Positions 14,037 through 30,313 are shown, numbered from the stretch's first letter. The stretch is DNA of 64,000 nucleotides from Eledone cirrhosa (GCA_964016885.1 OZ024750.1:42284001-42348000), one strand, 5' to 3'. A program made the numbers and translations. Notes: generated by a model not told the origin, from the letters alone.

Positions 14037-14502
14037 TAAATGTAAGTATGTATGTATACGTACATACATATATGTATACAGACGTACAGTAGCATGCATA
14101 TATATACATATATATATTTATATATATATATATACATATATATACATACAGGTACACATACATATATGCACGCATCAGTTTAGCGGACGTTTATTACAAC
14201 GCCGCTTTGTTCGTTTGTTTGTCAACAAACCGAACAGCCTGAATTTATGCCATACGGTGTTAAGGCAACCACGTCACCTTTTTGTTCAACACTGACACAG
14301 GAACGATGTACTAGTTTCAAGCTTGTTAGCTATCATCAGCACCGTTTACCCATCTGCCAGATAGTTGAACGTTCGAAAGTATATACTTTCCTTATGAAAA
14401 TTAACGGCTGAGCAGCCTAATTTGCATATTGAGTGAGTTAAATCGGTCAGGCATACCGAAAACGATAAGTTGAAAAAAATGAAAACGAAATTTCATTTCT
14501 CA
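14037..14502 (-). mobile_element. Hammerhead-bearing non-coding element, family C (retrozyme/PLE-like)
   Basis: Homologous to 36447-36750 and bounded by (TA)n on both sides. Confidence 0.75.
14304..14344 (-). ncRNA. Minimal type-I hammerhead ribozyme
   Basis: Minus strand reads cggtg CTGATGA t agct aaca agct t GAAA ctag TA catcg. Stem I is cggtg/catcg, stem III is palindromic ACTAGT and the cleavage triplet is GUA. Confidence 0.8.
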
Positions 14503-15681
<1,179 letters not shown>

Positions 15682-15857
15682 CCCACCTCACACACACCTC
15701 GTCCACCAAACTACTGAAGAATATGAAATCCCTGATGATTTCTCCTGAATGAAACAGTTCTAGTCCTGTAGAAGCTCTCCTATATTAAAACTTTTATACT
15801 CTATGTATTGAGTAGCTTACTTACTGAGGTTACCTCCGATTCAACCCGGAATAACTT
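15682..15857 (+). mobile_element. Hammerhead-bearing element, family D
   Basis: CTGATGA (15732) tttc tcct gaat GAAA cag ttctagtc ctg TA gaag. Homologues at 32088-32298, 37630-37728 and 59168-59364. Confidence 0.72.
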
Positions 15858-16209
15858 ATATTGTAAAATGAAAATTTACCTTTTCAGGTCTATAAATGCT
15901 TTCTCTCTATCGCCGTCGATACTGAATATATTATAGAAATTCTAGAAAAACACTGGAGAAAAGTACTGGGATGAACCTTTTTATATAATTGAAAATGGAA
16001 GAAGTATACAGGGTTAGTTGACCCCCTACGAAGCTCCATCTAATAGGTTTCTTGGCTGTTTTAAGGATATTCACTTAAAATTGCCATTTTAGTTATGTTT
16101 GTAAACTTTATTGATGTAAATGATATCATCAGCATCATTTTTTTACATCCACTTTATTACAGGCTGGAATGGGTTGGACAAGACCATTTTGAGGCAGTAT
16201 TTCATGGCT

Positions 16210-16776
16210 AGATGTCATTTCTGACATCAACCCTATGTTGTTTTATAGTAGGGTACAGATGTCATTTCTGACAGCAACCCTATGTTGTTTTATAGTAGGG
16301 TACAGATGTCATTTCTGACATCAACCCTATGTTGTTTTATAGTAGGGTACAGATGTCATTTCTGACACCAACCCTATGTTGTTTTATAGTAGGGTACAGA
16401 TGTCATTTCTGACACCAACCCTATGTTGTTTTATAGTAGGGTACAGATGTCATTTCTGACATCAACCCTATGTTGTTTTATAGTAGGGTACAGATGTCAT
16501 TTCTGACAGCAACCCTATGTTGTTTTATAGTAGGGTACAGATGTCATTTCTGACACCAACCCTATGTTGTTTTATAGTAGGGTACAGATGTCATTTCTGA
16601 CACCAACCCTATGTTGTTTTATAGTAAGGTGCATATGTCATTTCTGACAGCAACCCTATGTTGTTTTATAGTAGGGTACAGATGTCATTTCTGACATCAA
16701 CCCTATGTTGTTTTATAGTAGGGTACAGATGTCATTTCTGACACCAACCCTATGTTGTTTTATAGTAGGGTACAGA
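16210..16776. repeat. 47-bp minisatellite (~12 copies)
   Basis: Unit agatgtcatttctgacatcaaccctatgttgttttatagtagggtac. Confidence 0.95.
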
Positions 16777-17975
16777 GATATATTCTAACATAACTTCTAG
16801 GAGTTCACTCTTTCAATGTTTTATTGATAACCAATTTCATTAAAATGTACTTAAAAAGCTGATTTTACTGAATATAGCAGGGTTTTTTTTTGTTTTTATT
16901 TTATTTTTTTAAACATTTAAACAGTTTTATTTGGATCATGGCCAGGTTTATTAGGTTTCTTCTATAAACTGGGTTCCATATTTTGATCAATAACTTTCTA
17001 CAATCAATAGAGAGTTTGACTGACACTTGTTTTTGCTGTTTGAGAGAGAGAGAGAGAGAGAGAGAGTGAGAGTGTGTGTGTGTGTGCACATGCGTGTGTG
17101 CACACATGCATGTTCTTCGATTCCTCTTTAAGGGAAACTATATATTTAATCCCTTTCTTACCATAATATTATGATATACACAATTAATTTTGAAAATATT
17201 TGAGAATTTTGAGGAATTTAGTAACAGTTTAATTTTTCCATCATTACACTGGTGTTAAGAACATTACTTAGAGGTTCATAATAATAAAATTATGGAAGAT
17301 TTTAATTTAAATATAAACACCTTAAAATGGGCAGTTTTTTTTATGACAAAAACCAGGGGTAGTTTAGGATTAAAGTTTTCCTCCAAAATACAGTGATTGT
17401 GGTGAAAGAGTATTGCAACTGTGTTAAGTGTCCTATCAACCAACCTGCTGTATGAGAGAATATTTAGAATATATATATGAGGGGAGAAGGTAGGTTGAAG
17501 AAGGAATATATAATAATAGCAAAGACTGGCAGGTTTCTTCAGAATTGGCTTGATGCCAAGAATTCTTCCTCATTTTCTCTTCTAGCTGAAGATTGTTTAC
17601 TACAGTTTTCCTTCCAAGTTTGTTCCATATTCACTGACCAATATGTATTAGCTATAGCTGTGACCAGCTCATATTTTACAAGAACCCATCTCTTTCAATT
17701 ATCACCTATTCCACCAACTGTTTTTCTTTTTATTTCTGTTATCTGAACATTTCACACTTCTTCTCATTCTATCTTTCCACACGTTTTTTATTTTAACCCT
17801 TAAAATCTGGTAATGATTTCGCAAAAGATGTCTAAAATTGTGTTTGTTAATATAAATGTTTTTAGTATCTTTACTAGTGGACAAGATTGTTGTGAAAATT
17901 TGCAGTACTAGAGTAATAAACACTCAGTCCCTAATGTGATGCAGTCACAGACCTGTTTTGTACTTTTCAAGAATA

Positions 17976-18535
17976 TCTTACAAATGTGGTTTCATGTGGA
18001 ACAGGATGTTAAGGGTCTTACAAATGTGGTTTCATGTGGAACAGGATGTTAAGGGTCTTACAAATGTGGTTTCATGTGGAACAGGATGTTAAGGGTCTTA
18101 CAAATGTGGTTTCATGTGGAACAGGATGTTAAGGGTCTTACAAATGTGGTTTCATGTGGAACAGGATGTTAAGGGTCTTACAAATGTGGTTTCATGTGGA
18201 ACAGGATGTTAAGGGTCTTACAAATGTGGTTTCATGTGGAACAGGATGTTAAGGGTCTTACAAATGTGGTTTCATGTGGAACAGGATGTTAAGGGTCTTA
18301 CAAATGTGGTTTCATGTGGAACAGGATGTTAAGGGTCTTACAAATGTGGTTTCATGTGGAACAGGATGTTAAGGGTCTTACATATGTGGTTTCATGTGGA
18401 ACAGGATGTTAAGGGTCTTACAAATGTGGTTTCATGTGGAACAGGATGTTAAGGGTCTTACAAATGTGGTTTCATGTGGAACAGGATGTTAAGGGTCTTA
18501 CAAATGTGGTTTCATGTGGAACAGGATGTTAAGGG
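17976..18535. repeat. 40-bp minisatellite (14 near-identical copies)
   Basis: Unit tcttacaaatgtggtttcatgtggaacaggatgttaaggg. The array ends in aagggTTAA. Confidence 0.95.
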
Positions 18536-20483
18536 TTAATAGCTTCATTTCTTTCCTCCTTTTCACTTTTAATATCTTGTTTTTTTTTTAAATCTTCTAT
18601 TTTAATCGCATTTTTATACCCCCATCGCTAGTTCGGTTCTAAGCCATCACCTCTCCGTTCGGTTCTAAGCCATCACCTCTCAGTTCGGTTCTAAGCCATC
18701 ACCACTCAGTTCCGTTCTAAGCCATCACCTCTCAGTTCTGTTCTAAGCCATCACCTCTCCGTTCTGTTCTAAGCCATCACCTCTCCGTTCTGTTCTAAGC
18801 CATCACCTCTCAGTTCTGTTCTAAGCCATCACTTCTCAGTTCTGTTCTAACCCATCACCTCTCAGTTCCGTTCTAAGCCATCACCTCTCCGTTCTGTTCT
18901 AAGCCATCACCTCTCAGTTCTGTTCTAAGCCATCACTTCTCAGTTCTGTTCTAAGCCATCACCTCTCAGTTCTGTTCTAAGCCATCACTTCTCAGTTCTG
19001 TTCTAAGCCATCACCTCTCAGTTCCGTTCTAAGCCATCACCTCTCAGTTCTGTTCTAAGCCATCACTTCTCAGTTCTGTTCTAAGCCATCACTTCTCAGT
19101 TCTGTTCTAAGCCATCACCTCTCAGTTCCGTTCTAAGCCATCACCTCTCAGTTCCATTCTAAGCCATCACCACTCAGTTCCGTTCTAAGCCATCACCTCT
19201 CAGTTCCATTCTAAGCCATCACCTCTCAGTTCTGTTCTAAGCCATCACTTCTCAGTTCTGTTCTAAGCCATCACCTCTCAGTTTTGTTCTAACCCATCAC
19301 CTCTCAGTTCTGTTCTAAGCCATCACCTCTCAGTTCTGTTCTAAGCCATCACCTCTCAGTTCCATTCTAAGCCATCACCACTCAGTTCTGTTCTAAGCCA
19401 TCACCTCTCAGTTCTGTTCTAACCCATCACCTCTCAGTTCAGTTCTAAGCCATCACCTCTCAGTTCTGTTCTAACCCATCACCTCTCAGTTCAGTTCTAA
19501 GCCATCACCTCTCAGTTCAGTTCTAAGCCATCACCTCTCAGTTCAGTTCTAACCCATCACCTCTCAGTTCAGTTCTAACCCATCACCTCTCAGTTCAGTT
19601 CTAAGCCATCACCTCTCAGTTCCGTTCTAAGCCATCACCTCTCAGTTCTGTTCTAAGCCATCACCTCTCCGTTCGGTTCTAAGCCATCACCTTTCAGTTC
19701 GGTTCTAAGCCATCACCTTTCAGTTCAGTTCTAAGCCATCACCTTTCAGTTCCGTTCTAAGCCATCACCTCTCAGTTCCGTTCTAAGCCATCACCTCTCA
19801 GTTCCGTTCTAAGCGATCACCTCTCAGTTCCGTTCTAAGCCATCACCTCTCAGTTCAGTTCTAAGCCATCACCTCTCAGTTCTGTTCTAAGCCATCACCT
19901 CTCAGTTCTGTTCTAAGCCATCACTTCTCAGTTCTGTTCTAACCCATCACCTCTCAGTTCAGTTCTAAGCCATCACCTCTCAGTTCAGTTCTAAGCCATC
20001 ACCTCTCAGTTCAGTTCTAACCCATCACCTCTCAGTTCAGTTCTAACCCATCACCTCTCAGTTCAGTTCTAAGCCATCACCTCTCAGTTCCGTTCTAAGC
20101 CATCACCTCTCAGTTCTGTTCTAAGCCATCACCTCTCCGTTCGGTTCTAAGCCATCACCTTTCAGTTCGGTTCTAAGCCATCACCTCTCAGTTCAGTTCT
20201 AAGCCATCACCTTTCAGTTCCGTTCTAAGCCATCACCTCTCAGTTCCGTTCTAAGCCATCACCTCTCCGTTCTGTTCTAAGCCATCACCTCTCAGTTCCG
20301 TTCTAAGCCATCACCTCTCAGTTCAGTTCTAAGCCATCACCTCTCAGTTCTGTTCTAAGCCATCACCTCTCAGTTCTGTTCTAAGCCATCACCTCTCAGT
20401 TCTGTTCTAAGCCATCACCTCTCAGTTCTGTTCTAAGCCATCACCTCTCAGTTCTGTTCTAAGCCATCACCTCTCAGTTCAGT

Positions 20484-20955
<472 letters not shown>

Positions 20956-21040
20956 GCAGAATTGAGAAGTGATGGCTTAGAACAGAATTGAGAAGTGATT
21001 GACCCACGAAGGATAAATAAAGCAAACCACTTTTGTCTGA

Positions 21041-22293
21041 CACTTTACCTGCTATTAACAATCCACCACTTTACCTGCTATTGACAATCCACCACTTTAC
21101 CTACTATTAACAATCCACCACTTTACCTGCTATTGACAATCCATCACTTTACCTGCTATTAACAATCCACCACTTTACCTGCTATTAACAATCCACCACT
21201 TTACCTACTATTAACAATCCTCCACTTTACCTGCTATTAACAATCCACCACTTTACCTGCTATTAACAATCTACCACTTTACCTGCTATTAACAATCTAC
21301 CACTTTACCTGCTATTAACAATCCACCACTTTACCTGCTATTAACAATCTACCACTTTACCTGCTATTAACAATCTACCACTTTACCTGCTATTAACAAT
21401 CCACCACTTTACCTACTATTAACAATCCACCACTTTACCTGCTATTAACAATCTACCACTTTACCTGCTATTAACAATCCACCACTTTACCTGCTATTAA
21501 CAATCCACCACTTTACCTGCTATTAACAATCCACCACTTTACCTGCTATTAACAATCCACCACTTTACCTACTATTAACAATCCACCACTTTACCTGCTA
21601 TTAACAATCTACCACTTTACCTGCTATTAACAATCTACCACTTTACCTGCTATTAACAATCCACCACTTTACCTGCTATTAACAATCCACCACTTTACCT
21701 GCTATTAACAATCCACCACTTTACCTACTATTAACAATCCTCCACTTTACCTGCTATTAACAATCCACCACTTTACCTACTATTAACAATCCACCACTTT
21801 ACCTGCTATTAACAATCCACCACTTTACCTGCTATTAACAATCTCCCACTTTACCTGCTATTAACAATCTACCACTTTACCTGCTATTAACAATCCACCA
21901 CTTTACCTGCTATTAACAATCTACCACTTTACCTACTATTAACAATCCACCACTTTACCTGCTATTAACAATCTACCACTTTACCTGCTATTAACAATCT
22001 ACCACTTTACCTGCTATTAACAATCTACCACTTTACCTGCTATTAACAATCCACCACTTTACCTGCTATTAACAATCTACCACTTTACCTGCTATTAACA
22101 ATCTACCACTTTACCTGCTATTAACAATCCACCACTTTACCTGCTATTAACAATCTACCACTTTACCTGCTATTAACAATCCACCACTTTACCTGCTATT
22201 AACAATCTACCACTTTACCTGCTATTAACAATCCACCACTTTACCTGCTATTAACAATCCACCACTTTACCTGCTATTAACAATCCACCACTT
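21041..22293. repeat. 26-bp minisatellite (~48 copies)
   Basis: Unit cactttacctgctattaacaatccac. Confidence 0.95.
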
Positions 22294-23299
22294 TCTAATT
22301 GTGTAATAATAATTGTAAATTCTGTTGGAAAAAGATGAACCAATGAAAAAGTTATCGAAGAGCTATTTAAGAAGGGGAGATTAATTAGAATGTTGAAAAG
22401 AAACCTTAGAATTTAATCATTCTTCTTCTAACTTAACATCACATCTGAGATCAACAGAGGTTTGTTTATAAAGTAAAGTATCTGAAAGAATTTGTCAACA
22501 TTCAGATATAATACTTGAGATTTTCTCATTTGTAAGCTGTGAAACACTTAAATTTAAATTAAATTACACATTTTATTTATATTTTACTCCTTTTCTTTAT
22601 TTTTTTATTATTTTTATGCTTCAATTCCATTTTTCTTTTATATTCCCAAGAAGAAAAAGTTAAATCCATATGGCTTGCAAATTTTTCTGGATGAGACAAA
22701 AGTTGTTTTCAATCTTTAGAATATTTAAAATTAAATTATGGATGACTAATAAAAATTATTTTGTCAGTCTTGTTCAGTGGATTGGTAGTAGCTGTATATA
22801 GTATTGGACAAGAATACTTTGTTGTGTTTAGTTACAACATACTACAGTCTGAGTTCAAATCCCACTGAGGTCAATATAATATTGCCTTTCAACCTTTCGA
22901 GGTCAATAAAATAAAGTACCAGTTATGCCCTGGGGTCAATATAACTGCCATTCACCTTCTCCCAAATTGCTGGTCCTGTACCAATGCTAGAAAGAATTCC
23001 TACACAATGATGAAAATAATGGTTTATATTACTCTAAATATATATTTTTAAACATAACCATTTTTAAAATGATTTTAAAAAAATGTTCTCCATGACAGTT
23101 GATAATAATTCTATTAACTAAAGGAGAAACAATTATATATTTTCTAAACCAATTTATACCGTAGTTTCTTTATAATATTATTTATTTAAGGTTAGAACTT
23201 AAACACACACACACAGTTAACAACTTTATAACAAATCATTTTAAAAAGTAGCTTTTATATCTATAGTTGGTTGACAAGATCACACCTCATTCGCTTAAC

Positions 23300-23505
23300 G
23301 AGTTGGGGTGGAACTTGTCAAATGGACAAAGGAAACAATGTTTTCATTTGTCTTTCCGAATGCTCTCTGTCAGTCGCAAATCCAGGCAGAAGGAGTAACG
23401 TGAAATAAAGTGTCTTGCTCAAGGACATAACACATCACCCAGTCCAGGAAATGAAACCACAACTTCATGATTGCGAATCCAATTATCTAACCACTCAACC
23501 GTGTG
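23300..23505 (-). mobile_element. tRNA-derived CORE-type SINE, alternative-tail subfamily
   Basis: Homologous to 57010-57228. Confidence 0.7.
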
Positions 23506-23865
23506 TGTGCATCCATCCATGAAGGTGGCGTGAGTGAATGGGCCTTCTCTCTATATCAGCCTGTAGGTTGAGGAAAAAGAGGAAGAGAGGAAAGGGGTAT
23601 TCACTCTTCGTACTCCTGGAGATGAGGGTTGCACATTTTTTCGGGGGTATGTGTTACCCATATGTAATGTCTTCTCCTATTGGGGAAAATCGATTAATTT
23701 TTAAATTGCATTTGTGATAGTATTTTACACGTTTTTATTGTATGTAAATTTCCCCCTTTGTATTTGTCCCCTTCTTTTGTGCCCCTGTGGCTAATAAAGA
23801 AACATATCTATCTATCTTCAAAATGTCTGACTGAATACGCACGTGCGTCTTTTTCATCAATTTCT

Positions 23866-23975
23866 ATCTTCCGATGAAGGACAAGTGCCTGAAATGTTAA
23901 AACATTTTTTCTTTTATTTCAAGTGTTAAACTAATATATTTCTTCATTGTACTGTGTCGTTACCGTGTTATTTCT
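23866..23975 (+). mobile_element. Degenerate hammerhead-bearing PLE-type terminal repeat (family E)
   Basis: CCGATGA agg acaagtg cct GAAA tgtta, followed by 'ttcaagtgttaaactaatatattt' shared with 42150-42260 (minus). Confidence 0.55.
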
Positions 23976-24928
23976 GTTTACTTTTTACACACACACCACC
24001 ACTACCACCACCACCATGTCTGCTCCACACCACCTCTGTCTGCCCCCCCCCCTGTCCCCACACTTCCCTCTGTAACCCACACCAGCCCTGCCTTCCACAC
24101 CACACCATGTCTGACCCACACCTCCCCCTGTAACCCACATCACTCCTGTCTGCCCCCCACCCAATATTTTTCTGTTGTTTTCAATGTATTGATCAGTGGA
24201 TCTGTTGCCAGCAGCCGTTTCCAATATTTTGTTGTTTTATTGACTTGCTTTATTTATTTATTTATTTCCAGTCCCTTCCTTAAAGACTTAACTGATCCTT
24301 TCAAATTACTTAAATTTAAAAAATACACACATACATACACACTTATATTTACATACATACATGCATGCACATACACACACATGCATATACATACACACAC
24401 ACACACACATACACATGCACATTTACATACACATACATACTCATACTTACATACACATATGTACAAACACACGCTCAAACACACACACACACACTCAAAC
24501 ACACACACACACACACACACACATGCTCAAACACACATACGCTCAAACACACATACACGCTCAAACACACATACACGCTCAAACACACACATACACGCTC
24601 AAACACACACACTCAAACACACACACACACACTCAAACACACACACAATATTAGGCAGTCTTGTTATTGGTTTAGTTTAAGTCTCTCGTTACAATATTTT
24701 TAATAAAAGGTCGATGACATGACAACTTCCCCTGTGTACCAGGGAGAAGATGAGACTGTCCATAAGCGAGGTGGTGGTGGCGGAGGCAGCAGTCGTCATC
24801 GTGGAAATAACCGAGAATTTGGAGGGATTTAACATTCTCATTATTTAGCTGCTGTTTGGAACATAACTTAACAAAGGTTCTTACATAAAATTATGAAGGG
24901 ATAGGTTTTAGTTCAATATAAAATACTT

Positions 24929-25232
24929 TTAACACTTTAGCATTTAAACTGGCCGTATCCGGCCAGAATTCTCTCACCTCTTTCTGTTCAAACCGGCTGT
25001 AACTGGCCACTCTTTGAGGAACAATACCTACTGATGTTAAGGTATTGTTCTCAAAATAAATATCAAAATCTTATAGATTCGATATTATGTGAGGTAAAGC
25101 CTTTACTGTGAAAATACAATAGTATATATAGAGTAATGTAAATGTTATGTGAGACATGTGAGGTAAAGCCTTTACTGTGAAAATACAATAGTATATATAG
25201 AGTAATGTAAATGGTAAATGGTAAAGGGTTAA
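24929..25232 (+). mobile_element. piggyBac-type MITE (family A)
   Basis: TTAA..tttagcattt start, aaaggg|TTAA end and an internal duplication. Confidence 0.8.
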
Positions 25233-26280
25233 AACAGTTTTATATCATATAAACATGGGTGGTTTTTGGTATGAAAGTGGTTAAACCCCAGATAAGGCCC
25301 TCATCAGAAACATTCCAGCAAGACCCAACTGTCTTATTTTCAAACAATATATATAGAGCTACTTTTCATTTTTTTGTTAAATACCATGGGATATGATTTG
25401 AAAAGACATGACTACTATTTCTAGCAGGTCAAACAAATCTTATTGCGGCCCCTTCATAGGTTTGTGTGTTCTTTAGTTTTTAGAGGTAGCAAACTTAAAA
25501 TTAAAAAGAAAATGGAAACTAAAATTAAATATATTTTTATTTTTGAAGAAATAAATCTCTGACTCCTGGTTTTGCTAAGTTCCTCACACACACACATCAG
25601 GTCTTCCTCACAGTTTCTGCCCACCAAACCCACCCATCTAGCAATGGTTGGATCAAGGCTACAGTAGAAGTTACTTAGCTATACCAGTCATACAGTGGTA
25701 TCCTCTGCCACATCTGAATTAACTCAGCATCATTGAGTTGAATCTTAATTATGATTGGCTGACTGGAGATTTGAAAGTGTTCAAAGCTGGTGTGATTGGT
25801 TGATTAATGTCTTACCCCCCCCCCCCCCTCCACCTTCGATATCAATCTGTTTCAATGCAAATTATATAGCTGTAATATAGTAGTAGTAGTAGTAGTAGTA
25901 GTAGTTTGTAGCAGTAGTAGTAACAACAGCAGCAGCACCTGTAGCAGCCACTGATTGAAAAATATGAGTGGGTGTGGTGTGGTGTGGTGGTACAGGACAC
26001 AGGAGTGGGGGAGGTGTGGTGTGGTGCAGGACATAGGGGTGGGGAATAATAAAACAAAAAACACAAAAGCAAAGCCCCCCCCTCCTTCTTCCCCAAAAAG
26101 TAAACAAAAACCAAACTCCATTAGCCAAATGTCAACAGTGATAGGGTTGGAGAGTATCAGCTGTCCTCAACAGTTTCATTTAAGATCTACTAAGCAGCTG
26201 GTAAACAATCTTTATTGATTGGACAAACCATTAACCAATCTAATACAAGAATTATGAATTTAGAGTACAACTTGACAGTA

Positions 26281-26348
<68 letters not shown>

Positions 26349-26768
26349 ATATGTGTGTGTGTTTGCTTCCTTCATTAGCTAATTGAATGATCTTTGTTTT
26401 AAAATTCCAAATGCATTTTATTGTAATAATTCTTATTGAAGAGGTAAAAAGTAAGCCAAAATAAACCCCCTGTAATACATTTAAAACTATAAAACATCAT
26501 TTTATTGAAATAATCAGCCACCTGCTGTAGATCACCTTAGTTTCAACGTTCAACCCCTTTCATACTAGGTTACCTGAAATTATCTCTGGTTCTATGATAA
26601 CTAAACTGTTTATTTTAACCCCTTCATGACTGTATTTCTAATGAAATATACACCATTTCAATTAATTGATGAATTTTGAGGGATTTACTAAAATTATTAA
26701 TTATTTCATTACTATGTTAGTAACTTAATTTAAGGTTCTTATGTAAAATTATGTTGGAAGGTTTTAAT

Positions 26769-26996
26769 TTAACCCTTTAGGATTTGAACCGGTCATATCC
26801 AGCCAGAATTCTGTCACCTCTTTCCGTTCAAACCGGCCGTACCTAGCCACTCATACTGATGTTAAGGTATTGTTCTCAAAATAAATAACATCAAAATCTC
26901 ATAGATTTGATATTATGTGAGATATTATGTAAGATAAAGCCTTTACTGTGAACATACAATAGTATATATAGAGTAATGTAAATACTAAAAGGTTAA
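26769..26996 (+). mobile_element. piggyBac-type MITE (family A) nested in a second TTAA-type MITE (~26615-27115)
   Basis: TTAA CCCTTT...AAAAGG TTAA termini. Confidence 0.8.
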
Positions 26997-27950
26997 GGTT
27001 CTTATGTAAATTTATGTTGGAAGATTTAAATTTAAATTGAAAACCTTTAAAATGGGTGGTTTTATTTGATAGAACCAGGGCCAGATTTGGCCTGGTTGAT
27101 AACTAAAGAGTTAAAGTCTTTATCATCACAGTCATCATTTAACGTCCACTTTCTCTACTAGAAACGGTTGGCCTAGTTTATATTTATTTACCTAAAAATC
27201 TTCCATAATAATTTTATGTAAGAACCTTCGATAAGTTATGTTCCAAATACCAGTCTACCGCTATTATTGCTATATTTCTGATAAGATACACTCTATTTGA
27301 ATTAATCGATGAAAAATTTGGAGGGAGTTACTAAAATTATTTAAATTATTAAGATTATATTTGTAACATAACAAAAAAGTTTTTATGGAAGATTTAAATA
27401 GGAAGCTTTTAAAATGGATGGTTTTGTTCTATAGAACCAGAGGCATTTTTGGGTGGGTTGGTGCCAAAAGGGTTAATAATGGCAAAGTTCTTTTAATAAA
27501 TCCATCAAAATTCTTGATAACTTTGAGAAATATAGGAAAGAAAGTTATAATACCCCTTAAAAGGTTTTCTGAAATTTCCACAAAACTATATATATCATCA
27601 TCATCACTGTTTAAACGTTCATTTTCCCACACTAGCATGGGTTAGACGAGTTGTCCTGTTGTGAAGTCAGGTCAGAAGACTGTGTCTTGCTCATCCATAA
27701 CTGTTTCTGGCTTGTTTCTATGACTGGATACCCTTCCTAGCACCAAGTCCACATTTACAACGTGGACTTGGTACTCTTTACTGATGCTCCAAGATGACCA
27801 CTTTACAGTGTGGACTGGGCACTTTTTGTCGTGGCACCAAGACAACCACTTTATTACGCACAAGTGGACCGCAATTGTCAATAATAATGGCAATAGTTGT
27901 TTTGGAGTCCAAGATAGGTATGGCATATATAAACCAGGATTACCAGATTA

Positions 27951-28275
27951 TAGTGGTTAGAGCATTGGCCTTGCAATCGAAAGATTGTGAGTTCAATTCT
28001 CAGACCGGGTGATGTGTTGTTTCCTTGAGCAAGGCACTTTATTTCACATTGCTCCAGTTTACTCAACTGTAGAAATGAGATGATAGGGACTGGGGTCCCT
28101 ATCATTCCACTGCAAAGTGGTCGTGGAGGTGCCACGGCAAAAAAGCACCCAGCACTCACTGTAAATGGGGTTGGTGTTAGGAAGGGCATCCAGCTGTAGA
28201 AATCAAGCCAGAATCAGTTCCTGTCCCACCCTTGCAAGCAGGGAAAAAGTGGACGTAAAATGAAATGAAATGAAT
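27951..28275 (+). mobile_element. tRNA-derived CORE-type SINE with RTE-like tail
   Basis: Near-identical to 13566-13897 and 35508-35850. Confidence 0.85.
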
Positions 28276-28478
28276 GAACAATGATACAAACTGGGAAATT
28301 TGATTATGGTTTGCATAAAAGAAACCCTATAGTTTATGTTGATTTCTGAGATGTGAAAATGACTAAAGATAAGAACGATATTTTAATAATCTATTCCTAA
28401 CATATAATTACATAAATACTCAGCATGTATGTACAAATGATTAATTAAATGAACTTCTCTTATGATTGAGATAGGAAA

Positions 28479-28914
28479 TGTATTATGTGTATGTTTGTGT
28501 GTATGTTTGTGTAAATGTGTTGTGTATGTTTGTGTAAATGTATTGTGTTTGTTTGTGTAAATGTATTGTGTGTTTGTTTGTGTAAATGTATTGTGTGTAT
28601 GTTTGTGTAAATGTATTGTGTGTTTGTTTGTGTAAATGTATTGTGTGTTTGTTTGTGTAAATGTATTGTGTGTTTGTTTCTGTAAATGTATTGTGTGTTT
28701 GTTTGTGTAAATGTATTGTGTGTTTGTTTGTGTAAATGTATTGTGTGTATGTTTGTGTAAATGTATTGTGTGTATGTTTGTGTAAATGTATTGTGTGTAT
28801 GTTTGTGTAAATGTATTATGTGTATGTTTGTGTAAATGTATTGTGTGTATGTTTGTGTAAATGTGTTGTGTGTATGTTTGTGTAAATGTATTGTGTGTAT
28901 GTTTGTGTAAATGT
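28479..28914. repeat. 25-bp minisatellite
   Basis: Unit tgtaaatgtattgtgtgtatgtttg. Confidence 0.9.
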
Positions 28915-29656
28915 TAAAGATTTACAGATGGGAATATATATAAATATACAAACACACATGATGTATTATGGTTGATATCTAGCAGGGAAAATGGACATTA
29001 TATGATGATGTTATTTTTACGAGCATTTTTCCAAACTTGTATGGGTTAGACAAATATATTTTTTTTCTTTGGTCATCTCATTTGTTGAAGATGAGATCTG
29101 CTCTCATCACCTCTGTCCAGGTATTTCTTTGGCATTTCATTTGTGTTGAGATGAGATCAGGCTTCACCACACCTGCCCAGGTCTTCCCTAGTCATCTCAT
29201 TTGTTGAAGATGAGATCTGCTCTCATCACCTCTGTCCAGGTATTTCTTTGGCATTTCATTTGTGTGGAGATGAGATCAGCCTTCACCACACCTGCCCAGG
29301 TCTTCCCTGGTCATTCTCTTCTACAGTTTCCTGGCACTTCTTCACCCACTGATCACTATCCATTCACAGTACATGTCTATACCAGCACAACCATCTCTCC
29401 TGCATATGATACATGATACCTCTTCCAATCTAGTTCTATTAAACAAATATATTTATTTTAAAGTAAGAAAGTAATTTTATGTAAGAATCTTTAAGTTTCA
29501 AAGACTAGCTTAATAATAAGAAAGTTAGTTTGACTAAATCTCTCTCGAAATTCTTTTATTAGAAATATGGTAAGAGGGTTAATTCTAGATGCAAACCTAA
29601 ATACATAAAAAATCAGTGGTAATTGATCACATCTATTATTATGGTGTATTATTATT

Positions 29657-29940
29657 AGTTACGTCCCTTTACGATCCGAGTTCAAATCCCGCCGAGGTTG
29701 ACTTTGCCTTTCATCCTTACGGGGTCGATAAAATAAAGTACCAGTAATGCACTGGGTAATTGCTGGCCTTGTGCCTAACGTAGAAACAATTATTATTAGT
29801 TACGTCCCTTTACAATCCGAGTTCAAATCCCGCCGAGGTTGACTTTGCCTTTCATCCTTACGGGGTCGATAAAATAAAGTACCAGTAATGCACTGGGGTA
29901 ATTGCTGGCCTTGTGCCTAAAGTAGAAACAATTATTATTA
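29657..29940 (+). mobile_element. Tandem pair of 5'-truncated Nin-domain-type SINEs
   Basis: 'gagttcaaatcccgccgaggttgactttgcctttcatccttacggggtcgataaaataaagtaccag' occurs twice, each with a TTA tail. Confidence 0.8.
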
Positions 29941-30120
29941 AGCTACACCCTCTAATCCAAATTCACATTTTAATGTATTTAGTACCAAACTACCTGAAAC
30001 CACCATTGCTTGTTTCCATCATACAAAACTGTTTATTTTAAAGTGTTTTTATTTATCTTAAAAAATTCCATCATAATTTTTATTTAAGAAGCTTTAAGAT
30101 ATCTTCAAAATATCTGCTTA

Positions 30121-30313
30121 ATAATTGTTTCTACTATTGGCACAAGGCCAGCAATTACCTAGTACATTACTGGTACTTTATTTTATCGACCCCCGTAAGG
30201 ATGAAAGACAAAGTTAACCTTGGCGGGATTTGAACTCAGAATGGCAAGGGCCGTAACTCTATGCGTCAAAGCATGGCGTCCGACCTTCTACCGATACTGC
30301 CAATTCACCGCCC
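30121..30313 (-). mobile_element. Nin-domain-type SINE
   Basis: Same family as 31583-31770, 32637-32830, 37795-38030 and 60555-60775. Confidence 0.8.

Noticed and set aside
15713-15730. Extra hammerhead CTGAAGA atat GAAA
   Set aside because: There is no credible stem II, stem III or stem I. The real motif starts at 15732.
17513-17800. Host exon on the minus strand
   Set aside because: It contains stops and loosely resembles a decayed RTE C-terminus (..AGH..), too degraded to call.
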